The notes beneath the pieces were generated by a model. That model was not told the DNA's origin, made no database searches, and was given only the letters and a program-made list of their open reading frames with translations. A stretch of DNA of 64,000 nt from an uncultured Verrucomicrobiae bacterium (GTDB lineage: Bacteria > Verrucomicrobiota > Verrucomicrobiia > Chthoniobacterales > UBA10450): the NCBI GenBank assembly GCA_963828355.1, contig CAWHFD010000012.1, positions 28,935 to 92,934 of the forward strand, given 5' to 3'. Made by a program: the position numbers and the translations under genes. Each line of letters begins with the position of its first letter. Positions within the stretch are counted from its first letter, which is position 1. Below, in pieces: positions 30,881 through 40,599 of this stretch.

Positions 30881-32047
30881 ATGAGGCGAATTGTTCTCGT
30901 CAGCGCCGTGCTGGTTTGTAGCTCGTGGTTTGTCGCTTGTTCACGCAAGCCGGCGCAAACTGCTCCGCCTCCGCCGGAAGTTTTGGTGACAACCGTGAAA
31001 CCGCAGGATGTGCCGCGCGTGCTCGAACGCGTCGCGACATTGGACGGCTTTATCAACGCCAACATCAACGCGCAGGTTCAAGGCTACATCGTTTCGCGCG
31101 ACTACCAGGAAGGCGGCGTCGTAAAAAAAGGTGACCTACTTTTTCAGATCGATTCCCGCCCGTTCGAAGCCGCGTTGGCGCAGGCCAAGGGAACTCTGGC
31201 AAAAGACAAAGCCAACCAGGTAAAAGCAGACGCAGACGAAAAGCGCGCATTGGATTTGTTTAAGAAAACAGTCATCAGCGACCAGGAGCGCGATACTGCC
31301 ATCGCCGCCGCCCAGGCGGGCAGAGCAAACATCGAAGCCGACGAAGCGGCCGTGAAGCAAGCCGAGCTAAATCTAGGCTACACACGGGTCATTTCGCCAA
31401 TCGATGGCGTCGCTGCCATCGCTACTGCGCAGGTAGGCGATCTTGTCGGACCCAGCACCGGAACGCTAACGACGGTTTCTCAACTTGACCCGATCAAGGC
31501 TGTTGTCACCGCGGGTGAAGCGCCTTTCACGGATTTCATTACTCGCCACCCCGATCCCACTGAGCGTGCCGATTATGTGAAGACCCTCCAGTTCGAATTG
31601 ATCCTCGGTAACGGCAGCGTCTATCCGCAGAAAGGAAAATTTTATGCGCTCGATCGTAATCTCGATCCCAAGACCGGCTCGATCCGGTATGAGGTGACGT
31701 TTCCAAATCCAGGAAATATTTTGCGGCCCGGACAGTTCGGGAAAGTGCGGTTCGTAGCGGACATCAAAAAGGGTGCAATGGTGATTCCGCAGGAAGCGGT
31801 AAACGAGTTGCAGGGCAGTTATCAGGTCGCCGTTGTCGATCAGAACAACAAGGTCAGCATTCGTCCGGTGAAAATGGGCGAACGCATCGGCGCGATGTGG
31901 GAAGTTACCGAGGGACTGAAGCCCGGCGACCAAGTTGTTGTGCAGGGACTCCAAAAAGCGCGCGAAGGGTCGACAGTCACCGCAAAAGACTGGACCCCTC
32001 CCCCCGACGCGTTGGTTTCAAAAGCGGACCAGCAAAACAAGCCCTGA
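30881..32047 (+). CDS. RND efflux periplasmic adaptor (membrane-fusion protein)
   Basis: Lipoprotein-like start MRRIVLVSAVLVCSSWFVACS and HlyD/AcrA-like coiled-coil and barrel regions. The ATG at 30881 is preferred over the track start at 30752. Confidence 0.88.
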   Translation: MRRIVLVSAVLVCSSWFVACSRKPAQTAPPPPEVLVTTVKPQDVPRVLERVATLDGFINANINAQVQGYIVSRDYQEGGVVKKGDLLFQIDSRPFEAALAQAKGTLAKDKANQVKADADEKRALDLFKKTVISDQERDTAIAAAQAGRANIEADEAAVKQAELNLGYTRVISPIDGVAAIATAQVGDLVGPSTGTLTTVSQLDPIKAVVTAGEAPFTDFITRHPDPTERADYVKTLQFELILGNGSVYPQKGKFYALDRNLDPKTGSIRYEVTFPNPGNILRPGQFGKVRFVADIKKGAMVIPQEAVNELQGSYQVAVVDQNNKVSIRPVKMGERIGAMWEVTEGLKPGDQVVVQGLQKAREGSTVTAKDWTPPPDALVSKADQQNKP

Positions 32048-32050
32048 CAA

Positions 32051-35000
32051 ATGTCCGAGTTTTTCGTCAGGCGGCCTATCGTCGCGATCGTAATCGCGAT
32101 TCTGATGACGCTCATCGGCGGCGTGTGCATTCTGGCGTTGCCGATCGCGCAGTATCCGAAAATCGCGCCACCGGAGATTCAGGTGCAAACGCACTACACC
32201 GGGGCGGATGCGTTGACGATCGAGCAATCGGTCGCGGCGCCGATCGAGCAGCAGATGAGCGGCGTGGACAACATGAACTACATGTACTCGATCAACTCGA
32301 ACAGTGGCGACATTCGATTGATCGTGAATTTCGACGTCGCAACCGATCCGAACATCGATCAAGTCCTGACGCAGCTTCGGGTCGCGCAAGCGCAATCGCA
32401 ATTGCCCGTCGACGTTAATAACTACGGCATCACCGTTAAAAAATCGACGACAGCACCACTGATGCTGATCGCGCTATATTCGCCCAAAGGCAGCTACGAC
32501 GGAACCTTTCTCGCCAATTACGGCTACATTAATATCTTCGATCCACTGACACGCGTGCCGGGAATTGGGAATGTGCAGATTTTCGGCGCTGGCCAATACG
32601 CGATGCGCCTGTGGGTCAAGCCGGACCAGCTTGCGAAGCTTGGCATCACCGTGCCGGACATCATCACCGCAGTGCAAAAGCAGAACACGGTGAATCCCGC
32701 CGGCCAGATCGGCGGCGAACCAATTCCAAGCGGACAAAAATTCACTTATGCCGTGCGCGCTCAGGGACGACTACAAACGCCGGAGGAATTTGGGGAGATT
32801 GTCGTTAGGGCGAACGCGGACGGTTCATTCGTTAGGGTGAAAGATATCGCGCGCATTGATCTCGGCGCGCAAACTTACAACTTAAGAGGCAGGCTCAACG
32901 GACAACCCTCGGCGATTCTCGCTGTGTATCAGTTGCCCGGAACCAACGCCGTTAAAGCCGCGGAAGGCGTGCGCAAGCTGATGGCGGAAGCAAAGCAACG
33001 TTTTCCGGCGGACATGGATTTCGTCGTCTCGCTGGATCAAACCCTCTCGGTTACTGAAGGATTGAGCGACATCGTTAAAACGTTGTTCGAGGCGCTCGTG
33101 TTGGTCGTCATCGTCGTATTCATTTTTTTGCAAGGCTGGCGCGCCACGCTCATTCCATTGTGCGCGGTGCCGGTGTCGTTGCTCGGCACGTTTGTGGTGT
33201 TCCCGTTGTTCGGATTCTCGATCAACACGCTTTCGCTTTTCGGACTTGTGCTTGCCATCGGGCTTGTTGTGGATGACGCGATTGTCGTTGTCGAAGCAGT
33301 TGAGCGTCACATCGAAGAAGGAATGTCGCCGCGTGACGCGACGCTGCAGGCGATGCGCGAAGTTTCAGGAGTGGTAATCGGCGTTGCACTCGTACTTTCG
33401 GCCGTGTTTATTCCTACCGCATTTCTTCCTGGTATCACCGGCAGGTTGTATCAGCAGTTCGCCCTCACGATTGCTATCTCCGTCATTTTCTCCGCGTTCA
33501 ACGCGCTCTCGCTGAGCCCGGCACTTTCAGCCATGCTGCTCCGCCCGCGAAAGAAAACGCGTGGTCCGGTTGGCTGGTTTTTCGATCGGTTCAATCGCGT
33601 CTTCGGTATGGCGACACACGGTTACGTGAACTGGTCACGCCTCGCCATTCGAAAAGCGGTGCTCAGCTTCGCGCTGCTCGCGGTGCTCGCGGTCGGCGCG
33701 GGACTGTTTGGATCGCGATTGCCGAGCGGCTTTTTGCCGGAAGAAGACCAGGGCTACGTATTTCTCGCGTTGCAATTACCGGACGCCGCATCGCTTGAGC
33801 GAACCGATGCCGCGTCTCGCAAAATCGAAGAAATGCTCGGCAAAATTCCGGGCGTCCAGTACACGACCAGCGTGGTCGGATTCAGTTTGCTCAGCCTCGT
33901 GCAAAATACTTATAGCGCGTTCTTCTTCGTCACGTTCAAGCCCTGGAACGAACGGACCAAGCCGGAAGAACAATACGACGCCATCAAGGCGAACATTAAC
34001 AAACAGCTCGCCGGGCTTACCGAAGGTATCGCCTTCGCGTTTCCACCGCCGGCGATTCCGGGCGTGGGCACTTCCGGCGGATTCCAATTCATTTTGGAAG
34101 ATCGCGCCGGCAAAGACGTCGCATTTCTCGCTCAAAATGTGAAGACGTTTCTCGACGCGGCGCATAAACGGCCGGAACTAGGCACTCTTATTCCGACGTT
34201 TCTGCCGAACGTTCCGCAGGTTTTCGTCAACGTCGATCGCGACAAAGTCATCAAGCAAGGGATCGATCTCGGCCAGGTCTATCAGACGCTCCAGACATTC
34301 ATGGGCGGTTTTTTTGTGAACTACTTCAATCGGTTCGGGCGAACATGGCAGGTATATATAGAGGCCGAAGGCGATTATCGCACCGACGCAAAAAACGTTG
34401 GTCAATTCTTCGTGCGCAACGCCAACGGCGACCCAGTCCCCCTCGATGCCATTTCAACTATCCAGAACATCGCCGGTCCGGAATTCACGTTGCGTTACAA
34501 CGAATATCGCTCGGCACAAATCAACGGTTCTGCCGCGCCTGGTTATAGCTCATACCAGGCGATGAACGCGCTCGAAGAAACTTTTCGCCAAACAATGCCT
34601 AACGAGATGGGCTACGACTATCTTGGCCTGTCGTTTCAGGAAAAGAAAGCGCAGCAGGGTGTATCCCCGACTGTGGTGTTCGGAATGTCGCTCATTTTCG
34701 TGTTTCTGATCCTCGCTGCGCTTTATGAAAGCTGGTCCCTTCCTTTTAGTGTGCTACTTGGCACGCCGGTCGCAGTGTTCGGCGCGTTTGCGACGCTTTG
34801 GTTGCGCGGAATGCAAAACAATATTTACGCGCAAATTGGTCTGATCATGCTAATCGGCCTGGCAGCGAAGAACGCGATCCTTATCGTCGAATTCGCCAAG
34901 GACGAGTATGAGAAAGGCAAACCGCTCCTCGACGCCGCGCTTGAAGGCGCGCGCCTGCGTCTTCGCCCGATCCTGATGACTTCCTTTGCTTTCATCTTCG

Positions 35001-35224
35001 GCCTTCTGCCGCTTTGGTTTGCCAGCGGTTCAGGCGCCGTCGCCCGCCGTGTCCTGGGCTCAACCGTGATTGGCGGAATGATCGCCGCGTCGGCAATCGC
35101 AATCTTTCTTATCCCAGTAACGTTTTATGTCATCGAGCGGCTCTTCGCGGGTCGAAAAGAAAAAATGCCTGCGCCGCAGGTCCATGAACCGCAGCCTGAG
35201 CCCAAGCAGACGATGAAGGTGTAG
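32051..35224 (+). CDS. RND efflux permease (AcrB/HAE1-like)
   Basis: 1057 aa with a 12-TM plus two large periplasmic loop layout and typical N-terminus [23 protein letters not shown]. No outer-membrane factor gene is adjacent. Confidence 0.93.
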   Translation: MSEFFVRRPIVAIVIAILMTLIGGVCILALPIAQYPKIAPPEIQVQTHYTGADALTIEQSVAAPIEQQMSGVDNMNYMYSINSNSGDIRLIVNFDVATDPNIDQVLTQLRVAQAQSQLPVDVNNYGITVKKSTTAPLMLIALYSPKGSYDGTFLANYGYINIFDPLTRVPGIGNVQIFGAGQYAMRLWVKPDQLAKLGITVPDIITAVQKQNTVNPAGQIGGEPIPSGQKFTYAVRAQGRLQTPEEFGEIVVRANADGSFVRVKDIARIDLGAQTYNLRGRLNGQPSAILAVYQLPGTNAVKAAEGVRKLMAEAKQRFPADMDFVVSLDQTLSVTEGLSDIVKTLFEALVLVVIVVFIFLQGWRATLIPLCAVPVSLLGTFVVFPLFGFSINTLSLFGLVLAIGLVVDDAIVVVEAVERHIEEGMSPRDATLQAMREVSGVVIGVALVLSAVFIPTAFLPGITGRLYQQFALTIAISVIFSAFNALSLSPALSAMLLRPRKKTRGPVGWFFDRFNRVFGMATHGYVNWSRLAIRKAVLSFALLAVLAVGAGLFGSRLPSGFLPEEDQGYVFLALQLPDAASLERTDAASRKIEEMLGKIPGVQYTTSVVGFSLLSLVQNTYSAFFFVTFKPWNERTKPEEQYDAIKANINKQLAGLTEGIAFAFPPPAIPGVGTSGGFQFILEDRAGKDVAFLAQNVKTFLDAAHKRPELGTLIPTFLPNVPQVFVNVDRDKVIKQGIDLGQVYQTLQTFMGGFFVNYFNRFGRTWQVYIEAEGDYRTDAKNVGQFFVRNANGDPVPLDAISTIQNIAGPEFTLRYNEYRSAQINGSAAPGYSSYQAMNALEETFRQTMPNEMGYDYLGLSFQEKKAQQGVSPTVVFGMSLIFVFLILAALYESWSLPFSVLLGTPVAVFGAFATLWLRGMQNNIYAQIGLIMLIGLAAKNAILIVEFAKDEYEKGKPLLDAALEGARLRLRPILMTSFAFIFGLLPLWFASGSGAVARRVLGSTVIGGMIAASAIAIFLIPVTFYVIERLFAGRKEKMPAPQVHEPQPEPKQTMKV

Positions 35225-35382
35225 ACGGCGGTCCGCAGCTGCACTCGAAACTGGCGCGGAAAAGGTTGGGGCGTCGTTGGTAATCTTCCTTTCGTTATGC
35301 TTTGGCTTGCGGATGACGCATGGGGTTAAACCAAATCCTATTCAGTGACGCCAAATTTTTTAATGCGAACAACTGATGAGTT

Positions 35383-35895
35383 TCAGGCATTACGTTCAGC
35401 GTAATCGAACAATTCGTTTAAGCTGCCAAGCTCGTCAGGCGGCTTTGTCCCAGAAAGAAATTTTTGAAATTCCGGGGAGTACGCGTCCTTGCGACCTGGC
35501 CACCACACGCGACGCACACCCTCGGCATGGTAATACTTTCGAAGCAGCGTCTCCCATCCGACCCACTGTGCCTGATCGAGGATTCCCGCTTTCTGCTGAT
35601 ACCAGGCGTTCTCTAACAGCTTGAAAAAGGAAAACAGAAAATAATGCGCGATGATCCGTTCTTCCTGGCTGGCGGAACCCCAATCCGCAGTCGCCTTCGA
35701 CAACGCAGAGCCGAGCACGTGTGACTTCATTGCCGGAACGTTGATCGAGGTGATCGCGGCGGCGAGAGAATCTACGGCCAACGCCTTTTGCGATCTTGTG
35801 TTCTGCCGAATGGTTGCTATTACCGCGAGCAACGTCAGCGTTACCGCCAACGCGCTGATAATTTGAGCGAGGTCCACCCACATTCCCAACGTCAT
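35383..35895 (-). CDS. membrane-anchored hypothetical protein
   Basis: N-terminal TM helix followed by a helical W-rich domain. Lies 5 nt downstream of the cupin gene. Architecture is analogous to the 9750-10508 product. Confidence 0.5.
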   Translation of the reverse strand: MTLGMWVDLAQIISALAVTLTLLAVIATIRQNTRSQKALAVDSLAAAITSINVPAMKSHVLGSALSKATADWGSASQEERIIAHYFLFSFFKLLENAWYQQKAGILDQAQWVGWETLLRKYYHAEGVRRVWWPGRKDAYSPEFQKFLSGTKPPDELGSLNELFDYAERNA

Positions 35896-35900
35896 ATCGG

Positions 35901-36425
35901 TTATCGTACCAGCAGGTCGAGTTTGCGCGCATCGAGACCCGCCTCGCCATAATGCTTTCGCGTCAGCTCGAGAAGAGTGAATCCGTCCTCGTACGCAACA
36001 ACACTACCGTTTTCGGCCTTATCCAGATAAATGAGACCGCCTGCGACTACGAAAAACGCGATCATCGGCTCTGGCGAATCTTCGGTAATCACCAGCGTGT
36101 GCGCTTCGCCGGCAGGCTCATAAATGTATGTGCCGGGCTCTGCAATCCAGTCGTGCTCCAGATATCGCCACTTACCGCGAATCGTGTAGCCATGCACGCC
36201 CGCAACATGGTAATGCGTTCCCACCATCGAGCCCGGGAGACCTTTCAGGATGAGACTGAACCCGCCAGAGGTGACATTGAAACAGCAGGGTTGGAACCAG
36301 ATACCTTTCGCGTACGGAACCCACAGATGTTCGTCGTCGAGATTCGTGTTGGTGATGAAGTGTTCGCGGCTTCTCTGACTTGGCTGAAGGCCATCGGTAA
36401 AACTGTTGAAGGCGGTAATTGGCAT
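35901..36425 (-). CDS. cupin-fold protein (2,4'-dihydroxyacetophenone dioxygenase-like)
   Basis: GTHYHVAGVHGYTIRGKWRYLEHDW...YIYEPAGEAHTL is a cupin metal-binding pattern. Confidence 0.65.
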   Translation of the reverse strand: MPITAFNSFTDGLQPSQRSREHFITNTNLDDEHLWVPYAKGIWFQPCCFNVTSGGFSLILKGLPGSMVGTHYHVAGVHGYTIRGKWRYLEHDWIAEPGTYIYEPAGEAHTLVITEDSPEPMIAFFVVAGGLIYLDKAENGSVVAYEDGFTLLELTRKHYGEAGLDARKLDLLVR

Positions 36426-36888
36426 GTCCTTTCTTAGCCATCGCGCAATTCAGGGTCAATCTCCCGTCGCGACGCAGACGACAAAATTTACCAGGGGGAA
36501 ACTGGAAACCATCTCACAGCAAGAGCTGTTTCATTTCGGGGTCGTAATTTCATCCCAATTACGACCGTGCGAGAAACGTCTGGCCCGCTCAGCGCCATCT
36601 CCAAATTTCCGCACGTATAAGGAGCCGTGCCGCCCAATTCTCTCTGCATCGAAATCTCAAATCTTAAAAAAGACCTGACCCCAAATCTTCCCGACGAGGT
36701 GTTGAGGAAAGCCCGTGCGTTTTTCGACTAAGCAACAAATGAAACCCAATCTGCGCTCCGGAACTGTCCGCTCTCCGAGAGGAGTCTACCCGCCGTAGCC
36801 GGCTTTCCGAGATCGTTTGGAGTTTGTCGAAAAACGTGCCGAAGCGTACACGAAGGCGTAACAGCGGTCGTCGGTTGCATAGCTGCTG

Positions 36889-37110
36889 ATGACTATCATC
36901 CGATTACCAGACGGCCAATTCGATTACGATGAGACGCGGGCCATCGGGCAAGACAGGCGGCTTTGGACAAGGTTTTGCTCGTCGTTGGGCAACCCACCCG
37001 GATCTAGCGGTGAAAAAGCTTCACTTTTCTACCGCGGACGCGGCACATCGCGAGTTGAAGATTGCGGATCAACTATCAGGTCGCGTTCTCACAAACGTTG
37101 ATTCAGAGGA
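36889..37110 (+). pseudogene. possible decayed protein-kinase N-lobe fragment
   Basis: MTIIRLPDGQFDYDETRAIGQ in one frame continues in the +1 frame as (T)GGFGQGFARRW...DLAVKKLHF...HRELKIADQL. This gives a Gly-loop-like GGFGQ and a VAVKK-like Lys motif, with no catalytic loop downstream. Confidence 0.25.
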
Positions 37111-37214
37111 GATGCTTCATCTGGCGACTATTTCATCGTCATTTCCGCGCCGGAGGAAATGCTTGCGGTTGTTTGCGAGTCTCCCTACGCTCTCACGGTG
37201 CGTGAGGTGCGGGT

Positions 37215-38840
37215 ATGTTTGTCCTGCTCATCATCATCATCAGCATAATCCTACTGGGTCCCGCGGTAGCTCTTCTATCCATTGCAGGTTACTTTCGAAT
37301 CCGCAGGAAAGGCTATCGCGCACCTGGCGCGACTCTTGTCCTGCTCGCTGGGTCCGCTCTGGGAATCGTCTCGGGATATATTGTCGTCAGCGCATTGCCG
37401 TCGGACGAAAAGGACGTCCGTATTTTCTTTGCAATTTTCTGGGTTCCGGTGCTTGTCGCCTCCGTCACGACAACACTTTTCATTTGGCTTGGGCCACGCC
37501 GTAACCCTCGTGTGTCCGGACCGCGGCGCCCGCACTTTCCCTTTGCCGCAGTAGGTTGGGCACTCAGTGGGCTCCCAGCGATACTGGTGATTTTCGTTTG
37601 GTGGGTGACAATGGGCAAGCCGAATGATTCGGATTCGAATCCGCTAGGAAAATCCATTCAGCTCTGGGTCACCTGTAGCCTCTTTGGTGCTTATCTTATT
37701 TCTCTTAGCCGTCGCTTTAAGGCGGCTGCTTCAATTGAAGAGATCGCGCGCAACGACCTTCGCGCGCCGGTACTCTACCTTCGTCCTTTCAATCAGGAAC
37801 GGTCTGCGTTTGTGTGGGGTCCGAAATCCCGCTATGGCGATTACGTTAGGGGCGTCCAGCGATTCCTCATGACCCGTGGTGAATATTGGTTTGTAGGCGA
37901 CAACGATGCTAATCCCGATCCGATCGTCAGTATCAGGTTCGAGGAATATCTTGGTCCGGCCCTGACCGCCCGAATCGGGCCATTCTTCGGCCTCGGCAAC
38001 CCCGAGGACTACACGCCGCCCGAGGGCGCCGTCCGCACGTATGTACAGGACACCGATTGGAAAGAGCATGTCAAGCGACTTGCCGGAAGATCCTCTTGCA
38101 TCGTGGCAGAGGTGGCGAGTTCTGACAACCTGAGATGGGAATTGGAATATCTGCGCCAGGAAGGCCTCCAGCAAAAGCTTTTCGTTATAACGCGTCCTCT
38201 CATTGCTAAAACGAACTGGCTTGCCAACCTCCTCATCTGGCTGAACGCGGTCCGTCGCCCCGACACTTGGCTTGGTTTCGCGGAGAATCTAACGAGGCTG
38301 GGATATGAGATCCCAAGCGACCCCGGAGTGGGGGCGGTCATGGCGTTTGACGCCTCTGGCAAAGGCGTACCTCTGACCACCGACGCGCTCCTCCCGGGGG
38401 ACTACGTAGAGCCGATCCGTGCTTTTATCATCGATTCGCTCGGCTACTCGCCCGAACAGCTTGACTCACCGCGAGGACCGGAACCCGAATCGGCTGTCGC
38501 AGTGGTGCCCTTGCCAAAGAAGCTTTGGCAAAGCATCTGGGCCGCTATGCGGAAAGTGTTCTTGCTATACAAGCCGGGGAGAAAACGCGCATGGATACCA
38601 TATGGAGTCTGCTGGCTGACCGCCTTATTCTTATTCTTAGCTGCCTTAGGTGGAAACTTAAAAGATCCTGGCACCTATTCTTTTATACAGATGTTACTCT
38701 TAGTCTTTTTGGTTCCGCGGCTTTGGGGCGCCTGGGAGCGCGAGCGGCAGCTCTCAGGTCAAGGTTCATCTAGCTTGTCGGAACAGGACTCCAAATGGGG
38801 CACTATGCTAGCCTCGTTGTATGTGATTGTCGGGTCGTGA
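37215..38840 (+). CDS. polytopic membrane protein with uncharacterised central soluble domain
   Basis: 541 aa with a GAGGTG RBS-like sequence upstream. About 5 N-terminal and 2-3 C-terminal hydrophobic helices flank a ~280-aa soluble region carrying the motifs VLYLRPF, GLGNPEDYTPPEGAVRTY and CIVAEVASSDNLRWELEYL. No family recognised. Confidence 0.75.
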   Translation: MFVLLIIIISIILLGPAVALLSIAGYFRIRRKGYRAPGATLVLLAGSALGIVSGYIVVSALPSDEKDVRIFFAIFWVPVLVASVTTTLFIWLGPRRNPRVSGPRRPHFPFAAVGWALSGLPAILVIFVWWVTMGKPNDSDSNPLGKSIQLWVTCSLFGAYLISLSRRFKAAASIEEIARNDLRAPVLYLRPFNQERSAFVWGPKSRYGDYVRGVQRFLMTRGEYWFVGDNDANPDPIVSIRFEEYLGPALTARIGPFFGLGNPEDYTPPEGAVRTYVQDTDWKEHVKRLAGRSSCIVAEVASSDNLRWELEYLRQEGLQQKLFVITRPLIAKTNWLANLLIWLNAVRRPDTWLGFAENLTRLGYEIPSDPGVGAVMAFDASGKGVPLTTDALLPGDYVEPIRAFIIDSLGYSPEQLDSPRGPEPESAVAVVPLPKKLWQSIWAAMRKVFLLYKPGRKRAWIPYGVCWLTALFLFLAALGGNLKDPGTYSFIQMLLLVFLVPRLWGAWERERQLSGQGSSSLSEQDSKWGTMLASLYVIVGS

Positions 38841-40177
38841 CGGTCGTGGGCGCCGTTGGTGCCGGAATAGAAAACCTGTCAACCGGGCTGAAATCAGCGG
38901 TCAGTGGCTTGCTTATAGTACTCTGTGCATTTCCTCTAAGGGAATGGGGAAGGCCGCGGGGCGATATGGACACGATCGGGGGAGTTGGGCTGAAAAAGAC
39001 TGCCGCCCTGTGCGGGCCTGCAATCCTGCTGGCCCTTCTCGTCTTATTCAATATTGGTGGCGTAGTCCGGGGCGAATTCCGATCCGATATCTTCGGTTAT
39101 TGGCACAGCTGGCTGGCCCAGCCGATATTACCTCTCTTTCTTATTCTATTAGCTGCTGTATCCATGATTGCCGGCTTTCGTCTGCTGCCGGAACGGCGAC
39201 TGCGTTGGTTGGCATCCGGCTCGTTCTTTCTGTTGGTCGCCGGATTCTTTTTCAGCATTCCCTGGTTGCGCGACATAGCTATCACTGGCGGTACAAGCTT
39301 GCGGGTAGCAAGTGCCCTCTATAACAAGCAGCAGTACGCCCAGGCGCTCCCAAACTTTGAGCGAGCGGCAACCGCCGGAAACGCCGCGGCGATGTACGAC
39401 CTCGGTGTGTTGTATCAGAACGGGCAAGGGGTTGCGCAGGATTACCAGCAGGCGCGGCAGTGGTACGAGAAAGCTGCCGCAGCCGGGGTTGGTGATGCGA
39501 TGAGCAACCTCGGTGATTATTATGGGAACGGTCACGGAGTTGCGCAGGATTACCAGCAGGCGCGCCAGTGGTACGAGAAAGCCGCCGCAGCCGGGGTTGG
39601 TGATGCGATGTACGACCTCGGTGTTTATTATCATAAAGGTTACGGGGTTGCGCAGGATTACCAGCAGGCGCGGCAGTGGTACGAGAAAGCTGCCGCAGCC
39701 GGGGTTGGTGATGCGATGAACAACCTCGGTGCTTTATATGCGCACGGGAACGGGGTTGCGCAGGATTACCAGCAGGCGCGGCAGTGGTACGAGAAAGCCG
39801 CCGCAGCCGGGAATGTTAATGCGATGAACAACCTCGCTGCTTATTATGAGAACGGGAACGGGGTTGCGCAGGATTACCAGCAGGCGCGGCAGTGGTACGA
39901 GAAAGCTGCCGCAGCCGGGAATGGTAATGCGATGAACAGCCTCGGTGCTTATTATGGGAATGGTTACGGGGTTGCGCAGGATTACCAGCAGGCGCGGCAG
40001 TGGTACGAGAAAGCCGCCGCAGCCGGGGATGATTACGCGATGTGCAACCTCGGTGCTTATTATGAGAACGGGATCGGTGTTGCGCGGGATTACCAGCAGG
40101 CGCGGCAGTGGTACGAGAAAGCTGCCGCGGCCGGTAATGCCTCTGCCGCGGAAAGACTTCGGTCACTTCCTCGATGA
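38795..40177 (+). CDS. membrane-anchored Sel1-like-repeat (SLR) protein
   Basis: About 4 TM helices followed by 8 Sel1 repeats, 7 with the core GVAQDYQQARQWYEKAAAAG. The start is either ATG 38795 (46-nt overlap with the upstream gene) or ATG 38966. Confidence 0.85.
   Translation: MGHYASLVVCDCRVVTVVGAVGAGIENLSTGLKSAVSGLLIVLCAFPLREWGRPRGDMDTIGGVGLKKTAALCGPAILLALLVLFNIGGVVRGEFRSDIFGYWHSWLAQPILPLFLILLAAVSMIAGFRLLPERRLRWLASGSFFLLVAGFFFSIPWLRDIAITGGTSLRVASALYNKQQYAQALPNFERAATAGNAAAMYDLGVLYQNGQGVAQDYQQARQWYEKAAAAGVGDAMSNLGDYYGNGHGVAQDYQQARQWYEKAAAAGVGDAMYDLGVYYHKGYGVAQDYQQARQWYEKAAAAGVGDAMNNLGALYAHGNGVAQDYQQARQWYEKAAAAGNVNAMNNLAAYYENGNGVAQDYQQARQWYEKAAAAGNGNAMNSLGAYYGNGYGVAQDYQQARQWYEKAAAAGDDYAMCNLGAYYENGIGVARDYQQARQWYEKAAAAGNASAAERLRSLPR
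39428..40177 (+). repeat. in-frame tandem array, 7 x 108 bp (Sel1 units)
   Basis: Units start at 39428, 39536, 39644, 39752, 39860, 39968 and 40076. The first ~60 nt of each unit are nearly identical at the DNA level. Confidence 0.9.
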
Positions 40178-40530
40178 GTAGGAGTATTGCGAAGGAGCTG
40201 CGACTCTTGCCCGCAGCTAAGCAGTTCTCAAGCATCGCCAACCACCGTTGGCTTGCCAAAACAAATTTCAGACTGCACCTACACGCGCTGGATCTAGATC
40301 GCATGGTTGTGCGAAGCGCTTCTGGTTTCGCGCAGCGGCTACTACGATTGGATCAAGCTTCGTTCTCACCCTGGGCCACGCCAATTGGAGAACACTCGCT
40401 TGCGTGCGCGCATTCGTGAAGAGTTTATGCGTAGTCGCCAAACTTACGGTAGTCCACGCCTGGCGCGTGTGTTGGGTTGTCCGGGGCGGCGCAATCGCAT
40501 TGCTCGGCTTATGCGCTCGGAGAGAATAAA
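40174..40530 (+). mobile_element. truncated IS3-family transposase remnant (OrfB N-terminal HTH_21 region only)
   Basis: CEALLVSRSGYYDWIKLR...ENTRLRARIREEFMRSRQTYGSPRLARVL...RNRIARLMRSE matches the N-terminus of IS3 OrfB. No DDE catalytic domain follows. Confidence 0.6.
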
Positions 40531-40599
40531 TTTTGCAGGCGGTCAGAAACAAACCGTAAACTCACAGGCGGACGACGAAACCGAGCGAAAGGAACAGTC

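Noticed and set aside
32051-35224. Absence of an outer-membrane factor gene next to the RND pair as something unusual.
   Set aside because: Many RND operons use an OMF encoded elsewhere, so this is not informative on its own.
39428-40177. A regular 108-bp repeat array that could be mistaken for a CRISPR-like or satellite array.
   Set aside because: The repeats are in frame inside a long ORF and encode canonical Sel1 units. There are no unique spacers, leader or cas genes, and the period is a multiple of three.
39149-40304. Two ~160-aa minus-strand ORFs with their own internal repeats.
   Set aside because: They are the antisense shadow of the Sel1 array, and the periodic Pro/Arg-rich sequence is a by-product of the sense-strand repeats.
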